Shown one piece after another: positions 51,070 through 64,000 of a stretch of DNA of 64,000 nucleotides (the stretch's first letter is position 1; every line of letters starts with the position of its first letter). The notes under the pieces are model-generated. The model had not been told where the DNA came from and did no database searches. It saw only the letters and a list, made by a program, of their open reading frames with translations. This DNA is from the human T2T-CHM13v2.0 reference genome, Homo sapiens. The position numbers and the translations under genes are program-made. The stretch lies in assembly GCF_009914755.1 (NCBI RefSeq), contig NC_060933.1. One strand, 5' to 3'.

Positions 51070-52173
51070 TTACTTCTCCAGTTAAATATTTTCAGCTCCT
51101 CCAGCTGCTCCTCAGGTGGCAAGATTTTGAAGTTCTTCCCTTCCTGTTCTGGACCTGGTGGCCCCTTGAGGCTCCTTATAACCCCATGCTCTATTTCCAC
51201 GATTCCACCCATCTGCTCCACCTCATGTTCCAGGGGTCCTCTCTCCTAGGAAACTAGCTGTATTTTCTCCCCCCTGCTGATAATATTAGGAACAGGCTGA
51301 TGATTGCAGCAGCAGGATGGGGCAGAGGGCAACTGAACCATGATGCAGTTGTAGTAAAGAGCTCAGCCAGCCCTGCGGGGAGCTCCTCTGAAGCTAAGAT
51401 GACTCTGCAGAGCTGTCCTGAGTTGGGGCAAAGAGGCCTGGAAGTTAGACCTCCAGGCCAACATGTCATGGGCTATTGGCTGTCCTGGGAAGGGGCGTGA
51501 CGTGGGAGAGTTAGCTGTCATCAGCAGAGGCAGTTCCAAAGACAGATGACAGCTGAGCACCGCCCACCGGCAGCAGTCCCAAGAGCTGGGAGCCCCTTCT
51601 TTGTCCTTAATGAGGAGCTGCAAGGCATCCCACAGCACCCACCGTCATCAGCAAGGAAGGCCAGAAACTGCGGGGAAGCAGGGTCTGTCTGCATCTCTCG
51701 GCTTTCCTTTCCTCTGTGTGGCATCACTCTCAGACACTCTCTCCCCTTGAAGCCCCATGTATGGCCACAGGTATCCCCAGAACTGTGCTCAGTCAGCCCA
51801 GCTTCCTTTCCCTCTAGTTCCAGCAAAAATCCAGTGTGGAACTCTTCCTGGTCCAGAGAGGTGACCATTCCCTGGCCAAGAATTGTTATAGTGATAGCAC
51901 AGACCTCCTCCAATTTATAAAAGGTGTAAGTAATTACACACATTAGTGCTCTGTTACACAGATTCACTGAAATCATGGAAGTTGGGATACGCCCAATACA
52001 CAGTGGCTGCAGCAGATATGGAGGGATGGTAGCCAGGGTGGAGCATTCTGGAGCTGAGGGAGCATAAAATAGCATGAGAGGCCGGGCACAGTGGCTCACA
52101 CCTGTAATCCCAGCACTTTGGGAGGCCAAGGCGGGAGGATCATCAGGTCAGGAGATCAAGACCATCCTGGCTA

Positions 52174-52561
<388 letters not shown>

Positions 52562-52744
52562 CTACAAATGGTTACCTGTCCACAATACTTATGGAAACGG
52601 AGGCTAAAAAGTTACAGCGATTTGACACAGTAAATGTATGTCTCTGTAATCTAATAATAAAAATCCGGGAGGTATATTCTACATGTCTTTTTAATTCTAT
52701 TTTTCTAGAAATTCATTCTTTGTTGTATTTTACAAAAGCAGTGA

Positions 52745-53045
<301 letters not shown>

Positions 53046-55800
53046 TAGCCAGGATGGTGTCGATCTCCTGACCTCGTGATCCACCCACCTCAGCCTCCCG
53101 AAGTGCTGGGATTACAGGCGTGAGCCACCGCGCCCAGCCAAGGCCCATCCAAGTTTTCTAACAGATGTCATCCAAGGCATCTGCTTCTCCCAAAGGAGCA
53201 CGTAGAGGAGCCTGCAGGGGACAGAAACAGAGAGCCACCATCTGGGTGGGAGCCAGTTGAGGTCTGACCTGCACTGAGGCTGGTGGGAGCGAAGACCCCT
53301 GGAAGGAGGGCCCAGGGCAGGGGTTTCTTTTTCCACCAGCGCCTTAACGACGTGAGGGCTTCCGTGTGAAAGGAAAGTTACAATGAACTGGACTTATAGG
53401 CTCTAACGTACTCAAAAGCGCCTCCCCTAACCTCAGACACACATATGGAATAAATCTTGGATTCCAGTATGTGGGCCGGATGGCATTGCCACTCCTGATA
53501 TAACCTCAGCATAAATCCTGCCTTCCTGAACCTCTACGTCCCATCAGGGCACTTTCTTTCTGCCTACGAAACAGCTCTTCCACCTCCCTCCTCCTTGCCA
53601 GTCCCCTTCTCCTCCCTCCCATCTCTGCCCTCATGCTGAATGACTCCTGAAGGCCAGAGGGTAATTCCAAAGTAACTCAGATCTCACCACTCCCTCACTC
53701 CCAAACCTCTCATGACTCCCCATTGTCTGGGAACAAACAGCCCTTGAGCAGGGCATTTAAAGCCCAGTGCATGTCATCCCACCCCACATTTCACCCTGAA
53801 CACCACCTCTCCCACCACTCCCCTGCCCCAGCTGTCCTGCTGAGTGTTCCAGAGTCACTTTTGCACTTTTATTTGCCTTTCCTGCACAGCTCACTCTGTG
53901 ACTATGAATTTGTACCTGTTGTGTTGGGCAAATTCCGCAAGACCACTGCTCTGAACCCGAGGCGGGGTGGGGAAATCTTCACCACTCACTCACTCTAGGG
54001 CTGGGTGCCCGCCTCCAGCCTAGCTTCCATGCAATGCTTCATTTGGGGGTTCAGTCTTAGCAAAGGAAAGGAAAGGTCAGGAAAGGGCACGAAGAAGCTT
54101 CCATCTGCTGGGTTTCTTGCCTATGTCCTCAATGCCTTTCATCTGACTTAATTCCTGTGACAACCCACTGAGGAGGTGTTTAGCCACCTTTGCAGTGGAG
54201 GAAACAAAAGCTTAAACAGCTTTACTCTTGTGCCCGAGGTCACACAGTAGGAAATGGTAGAGCCAGGATTTGAACCTAGGCCTCTCTGATTCCGAAACCT
54301 GCTTGTAGGTACTAAACATATTGCTTCTTTTTCATCAGATGAGACTGAAAAAGAGAACACCCATATTCCAGGACTGGCTCTGCTAGAAATCAGCTCACCT
54401 TAGGAAGGTCACTTCATCTTGCTAGCCAAGCTTCCTCATCTGTAAAATAAGGAGGTATATGTTTTGCCAAATTCCTTCCTTCTCTTGCATTCTTTTGCTC
54501 TGAGCAATAATAATAGCTCGCGTTTGTTAAGGCTTATTACACGCCTAGCATCAAGCTAAGAGCACTTTTATATGAATTATCTCATTTGGTCCCACCACAC
54601 CCTTATGATTAAGTGCAGTTAGCACTCCCCTTTGGCAAATGAGGAACCTGTGGTTTGGAGAAGCTCAGCAGCATTTCCAAGGTCACACAGTTGAGAAGCA
54701 GGGGAAGGACATTCTAGTTCAGACGCACTGGCTCTGGGGTCCACACTCTTATTAGCCTGCCTGGCTTCCACGACCTCAGAGTGCAGGCCTGGCTGCTTCC
54801 TCCATCTGGGGAAAACAGTTCAGCCCACCCTGAGCTCACTTGTCCAGGGTAATTCCCGGCCACCAGGCAGGTCTCTGAAGGCCGGGTTCCCCAGGGCTGG
54901 GTCAGCTACCCTCCTGTGGGCTCTCACTGCCCACAGACTCTTAGGGCAGGAACTACCGTGTGTCTCCAGGGCATAGACAACACACTGTGTTGCAAAAGGA
55001 AAAGACTTTCTCTGAGAGCAGCCCTTGCTGGGGAAACATTAAACGGAGGGCTGCTGTGTTTCACCTCTACTGGTTCCAACCGGCTGAAGTAGCCCAGGAT
55101 CTCGCTAATGACTTTTGTGACCAGCGAAAGGGCAGTGGGCAATCTCAGCTCGCTGCAACCTCCGCCTCCCGGATTCAAGCGATTTTCCTGCCTCAGCCTC
55201 CCGAATAGCTGGGATTACAGGCACGTGCCACCACCATTAGCTCAGCTAATTTTTTGTATTTTTAGTAGAGATGGGTTTTCACCGTGTTGGCCAGGCTGGT
55301 CTTGATCGCCTGACCTCGTGATCCACCCGCCTTGGCCTCCCAAAGTTCTGGGATTACAGGCGTGAGCCACCGCACCCAGCGTATGCGGCTTTTCTTAACC
55401 AAGCTTATTGAGACTTAAAGGCCTCATTCTGTCCTACCCAGCTTGCATGTTGCCAATCCTTAATTAGCATAACCACTGAGAAAAACCATTTTTTAAAATT
55501 ATTTAAAATAAAAAAAAAAAACAAGCAACAACACCACCAAAATCAAAACCCTAAGTTTTTGCCTCCCAGAAAACATGTCAGTAAATTTCTTCACTGGTAT
55601 ATTCCCTTGTCTGGCCAGTAAATCAACTCAGCATTGTTATTATCACTATTATTACTGCTATAATATGTATTTATGTATGGTTCTGATGGTATTTGTTTTA
55701 TTCTTTGGCAACACATAATAAGTTTAATAAATATTTGTCTGGCCAGGCAAGGTGGCACACTCCTGTAATCCCAGCACTTTGGGAGGGCCAAGGTGAGAAA

Positions 55801-56233
55801 TGTCAGGCCTCTGAGCCCATGCTAAGCCATCATATCCCCTGTGACCTGCATGTATACATCCAGATGGTGTGAAGCTACTGAAGATCCACAAAAGAAGTGA
55901 AAATAGCCTTAATTGATGACATTCCACCATTGTGATTTGTTCCTGCCCCACCCTAACTGATCAATGTACTTTGTAATCTTCCCCACCCTTAAGAAGGTTC
56001 TTTGTAATTCTCCCCACCCTTGAGAATGTACTTTGTGAGATCCACCCCTTGCCCTCAAAACATTGCTCCTAACTCCACCGCCTATCCCAAAACCTGTAAG
56101 AACTAATGATAATCCCACCTCCCTTTGCTGACTCCTTTTTCAGACTCAGCCCGCCTGCACCCAGGTGAAATAAACAGCCTTGTTGCTCACACAAAGCCTG
56201 CTTGGTGGTCTCTTCACTCAGATGAGCGTGACA
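55801..56233 (+). mobile_element. Solo HERV-H LTR (LTR7B-like)
   Basis: Begins TGTCAGGCCTCTGAGCCC and ends CGTGACA. Contains repeated (C)TTTGTAATYY(T)CCCCACCCTT units and AATAAA near 56169. Flanked by a 5-bp TSD AGAAA (55796-55800 and 56234-56238). Confidence 0.93.
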
Positions 56234-56856
56234 AGAAAATCACTTGAAACCAGGAGTTCAAGACCAGCCTGGGCAACATATCAAGACCCCGTCTTTACGA
56301 AAAAAAAAATTAAAAATTAGCTTGCTGTTGTGGTGCACACCTGTAGTCCCAGCCACTTGGGAGGCTGAGGTGGTGGGATCACTTGAGCCCAAGAGGTCAA
56401 GATTGCAGTGAGTCATGATCAAGCCATGCACTCCAGCCTGGGTGACACTGCTCTTCTCAAACCACCAACCCCCTACCTCCTACTTGACAGATTAAATACA
56501 ATCCTTAGGTAGGAGCCCTTTGGCTTCTCCTGACTGGCTAGAAGTCTCATGACATCTGCCTCGCACCCAATCTGCTTCCCTCCTCCTAAGCCAAACCCTG
56601 CCTCTGAGCTTTGATGGCATCCATCTGCCTTCTTAGTGAGCCTTGCGCCATGTCCACCTGGCTCCTTCTTGAATATTCAACTACATCCTCTCACCGGATC
56701 TGTCTCACAGACCAATATGCTTAAGTCTCTCACTTCTTAAAAGAAAAGTATAAACCTTCCCTTGACCCTCTTACTCCTCTCCAGCTACCATTTCACAGTC
56801 AAATCTCTTGAGAAAATGGAAAACAAAAGTCAATGAGGGCTGGGCGCAGTGGCTCA

Positions 56857-58670
<1,814 letters not shown>

Positions 58671-60317
58671 GAAGTGGGGAGAGAGAGAGAGGGCAATGAG
58701 GCCGCCGCTTGTGAGGGCTCCAAGTGTTCGGAGGGAGTGGATTGTGCCGATTCAGTCACGCACCTTTGTCACTTGGGAAATGGCTGGCTCTGGCCTTGCA
58801 CCTAGTGGGGGCTTCATAAATATTGGCAGGATTGAATTGAACTGAGTTGACGCACTCACCAGCTCCACTGGAAAATGTGTCTCGAGCTAGCACTTACTGA
58901 GCATGTAAAACTACGGGTCATTATGCTGAATGCTTCTCACGTGTTCACCCATTTAATCCTGAAGACACCATGAGATGGGCATTACTGTTCCATTTTTATA
59001 AACAAAGGAACCAGTCAGGGGCCCTGTGGGAAACAGATGGCACACTCAGGATGATTTCAGGAGAATTTCACAAAGGAATCCTCCACAACCATGTGGACGG
59101 GGGTGGGGGGAAGAAAGGCATAAGGGGCTGCGATGCCTCAGGGCTCACAGTGACTGCTGGGGGCTTCACTGCTACCCCTACGCTTGAAGTTTGCCAGAAC
59201 CCCACACAGAGAGGGCAGAGTGGAGGAGCTGCCTGTCAGGAGCCAAGATGGCAGGTCGAGGGCTGTGGCCAGTCCAAGGTACCCCTGAGGGCACCAGAAT
59301 AAAGTGTCCAGACTCGCTTTCCCTCTGAGGCTGTGCACTGACTGAACCCAGCTGGCAGCCCTGGGGCAGGGGAACCCTTGATGCCGTCCTGCGGGTCAGC
59401 CTCCCAGGGCCTCGAGCAGGTGGAGAAGGATGGAAAATGGACCTGGAGGTGCAAACAACCAGCACAAGTCCCAGAGCACAGTCCTCAGAGCTGGAGCCCC
59501 TCTCCAAGGCCCATCAAGAGCCATCTCCATAGTCCTCCAAGAGGACTGCTGTCCATGTACTGCCTTCTTGGAACAGAAATCAGAGAAGTCAGAGTTCTTC
59601 TCCATGCGAGTACTGACGAGTGGGTGCGCTGAGACTGAGTCATTGGCTAGAGCAGGAACTGGTGGGCAGTGATGCTGGGGAAGGAAGTACAGAGAGGACA
59701 TGTCAGGTGGTCACCAGCCCAGCAACTCCCCATCACATGTGCCTCAGCACGTCCAGCCTAAGGGAGGGAGGGACAGTCGACCCAGACCTTGTCAGTCCAC
59801 AGGCTGGAGGTAATTGAAATCCAGCCACTTTGATGGCAACTGCTATGGCCCTAGTCCTGTACTATAAAGCAGATCATCTGAGAACAAGAGAGCTCACCCA
59901 ATGTCCATTTCACCTTGAATAAAATCTGGAGGCTGTGGCTCTGCTTACCCTCAACAGTCAGCTAGGGGCACTTCTCCAATGACACACCCCATGTCCTTAG
60001 ACTTCCTCAGTGGCTCAATGTCTAACATGAGGAAGCGAGAACATGGACATCCCAACGCTTGTGTAATTGTAACGACTGTCTGCAAAGCACTTCAGTGTTC
60101 CCAAATGGAAAGATTCCCCGGAAGTAGAAAGAGCTATTATTGTCCATTATGAGCATTCTTTCTAGAATCTTCTTCTTTCTACCCTCAACTGTGGCTTTTT
60201 AGACTAGCAGACATCTGCCAAAAGCCACTAACCCAGAGACACTGATTCTATCAAACAGCACAGTGGGACAGTCACTCTCCCAACTTTCTTTCTTTTTCTT
60301 TTTTCTTTTTTTTTTGA

Positions 60318-60668
<351 letters not shown>

Positions 60669-60928
60669 TGAAATTTTCATTTTGCTGTCTAATTTGCATA
60701 AACTTGTAATCAATAAGTTTTTGCCCTATACTTGGCCCCTACTCCTACCGTTGTAAAATATTCGATGCATATTTTTCATGGAAATATTGAAGAAACATAC
60801 ATTCTCAGACAAGAAACATCAAATGTGGCCATTGCTTTTGTACCACTCAATATGCAACTCAGACTGGTTGAAATTTAGACCAAATGGTAACATCCAGAAG
60901 AAGATAGGACCACAGAGCTAAGGAGGGC

Positions 60929-61367
60929 TGCAGTGGGCTGAATATGGTGCCACTGCCCACAGTGTCCACCCAGAATCTGGGATGGTGGCCTTATTTGGGA
61001 AATGGGGTCTTTGAAGATGTAATCAAGTGAAGGCTGTTGCCATGTGATCATCCTGAATTACCCAGGTGAGCCCTAAACCCAATTACAAGTGTCCTCACAA
61101 GAGAAAGGCAGAGAGAGATTTGAAACACACAGAGCAGAAGGTGATGTGGAGGTGGGACAGAGACCCAGCGAAGCAGCCACATGCTGAGGAGCGCCTGGAG
61201 CTGGAGGAGGCAGGAGAGGACTCGTCCTGAGCCGTCAGAGGAAGGACAGCCCTGCCGCCACCTTCATTTCAGACTCGGCTTCCAGAACCGCAGGAGGACA
61301 CAGTTCTGTGGCTATGAACCACCCGATTTGTGGTGCTTGGTTATGGCAGCCACAGGAAATGAATACA
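60929..61367 (+). mobile_element. MaLR LTR, MLT1C/D-like
   Basis: Contains the motif gccttatttgggaaatggggtctttgaagatgtaatcaag and ends with tatggcagccacaggaaatgaataca. Confidence 0.8.
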
Positions 61368-61516
61368 GAAACTATTCAAATCCCCTGGTTGAATTCCTTT
61401 ATTTTACAGATGAGAAAAATAACAGCATTCGCAAGCGACACACAGTTTATGAAATGTTTTCACAGAGTGACCATGTTCAGTCTTCATAGCAATTCTGTGA
61501 GGTGGTAGTTTCTGCC

Positions 61517-61941
61517 TGTTAAAAGGAAAACTGAGGCAAACTACATTTAACAGAGTTTAATTGAGCAAAGAATGATATGGGAATCAGGCAGCCCCCTGAC
61601 CAGAAGAGGTTCAGAGCGTCTCTGGTGCTGCCGTGTGGTGAGAGTCTTTACGGGCAGAGAACGGAAAGTGAAGCACAGAAAACAGAAGTGAGGCAGAGAA
61701 ACAGCCTGATTGGCTACAGCTCAGCGTTGGCCTTACTCGAACACAGTTGGAAGACTTGGCCACCTGTGAGTGGTTGAAGTATGGTTGCTTGTCACAAGAG
61801 TAGGTTACAGCCCCTTTCACATCCAGTTAAGTGACAGTTCCCTTTGTGCAGAGAAGCCTTTAGCCACACAGGTCCCAAATGTAACATAACATTTGTTACA
61901 CTTAAAATAAGTAAGGAGGCAGCTGTAGGCTAAATTTAACA
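61517..61941 (-). mobile_element. Solo ERV1 LTR, MER57-like
   Basis: TGTTAAA...TTTAACA termini with a 4-bp TSD TGCC. The minus strand starts TGTTAAATTTAGCCTACAGCTGCCTCCTTAC. Confidence 0.8.
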
Positions 61942-62914
61942 TGCCTGGGAGGAGGGAACTGAAGCTCAAACCAGAAGCAGCAGATAGATGGGTCTGCAAA
62001 TTTCATGCGTTTTCCACCAGATCTCTGCCTGTGGCTCAGAGAGGTGTGGCAGCACAGCTACCTCACACAGCTGCTGAGAAACAGGCTTGGATACAGGTCT
62101 TTTTTTTCTCCCCACTTTTGCTTCAGATCTCTACCCAGGTATAACGAGCTGCATCTCAAGGTCAGAACGACTGAACAATAAAGAGGTTGGTTCAACAGAT
62201 GACCTCAAAACTCATAACCTACATCCCGAAGCTAAAGAAAAACTTACGTCTCCAAAAAGAGGTGTAGTTAGCTGCAGGTTATTTGAATGAGCAGCACATG
62301 CTGTGCATTTGCTTTAAGATTCTCCAAACACGCAGAAAGCCAAGCTAATCCTCAGCGCTCCCATGCCAATCTGGTGTGGGGACCCTCCACTCCAGGCTGC
62401 CTTGTAGAATGCCTTATTGATGTGCGGCAAGGGGCACCCCATGAAAGTCCCAACAGCTCTGAAGGTAATGAGCAAATAATCCAGTTGAGCAAGCAATCAA
62501 AGAACAATAACAATTGTCTTGTGACAATACCCCCCAGTTTGTAATTAGTTAGCTTAAATTAGTTTAAATTCACTTCATTTGGAAGATTTTGCCTCTGAGG
62601 CAGGCCAAGGCTCTCTTTCAGAGGCCAATTAGATTAAATTAGAAGTGGCACATTAGCTGGGGAGACTTCATTCATTTTGGGTTTTTGCAGCCTTAATTAT
62701 GATGCAGACACAGCTGGAGTCATCCTTTGGAGGGTTTTCTTGCTTCAGCAGGCACTGGAGGCGACTGGATTCCTGGGAGAGGTGCTTTCAGTGGCGTGTG
62801 TGGCCAACCAAGCCACCCAAGGCTACTTTGTCACCAGATTCTGCTCTTGGCCCATTCCCCCAGCTGCTGTGGGAGAGTCACAGGAAGTGAGGAATCCTAA
62901 GAAGATCTTCCTTT

Positions 62915-64000
<1,086 letters not shown>

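Noticed and set aside
51290-51620. Possible old ERVL LTR (LTR16-like); similarly MLT1-like remnants near 530-1000 and 6500-6760
   Set aside because: Too diverged to assign family or boundaries by eye.
51521-52129. 202-aa minus-strand ORF
   Set aside because: Begins inside an Alu and shows no recognisable homology.

Overview
Primate (very probably human) genomic DNA containing the complete FBP1 gene (liver fructose-1,6-bisphosphatase 1) on the minus strand. The seven coding exons (44451-44620, 25644-25806, 23095-23187, 15251-15391, 12145-12282, 10787-10906, 8709-8900) are all bounded by canonical GT/AG sites. They total 1017 nt, or 338 aa plus stop. The window also holds a CpG-island promoter (~44370-45100) with a six-copy CAGGTG E-box array in the 5' UTR, a DR3 VDRE/RARE, a likely upstream non-coding exon, and two poly(A) signals. 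The rest is dense interspersed repeat: about 50 Alus, L1/L2 fragments, hAT MITEs, and solo LTRs (LTR7B, MER57-, MER34- and MLT1-like). Nearly all non-FBP1 ORFs in the supplied track are Alu-derived or chance. I found no convincing new biological system. The best second-look items are regulatory motif clusters and unusual retroelement structures: two inverted Alus sharing one palindromic target site, a solo HERV-H LTR7B splitting an Alu, and an Alu-interrupted 52-bp minisatellite. Repeat subfamily calls are made by eye and their boundaries are approximate.
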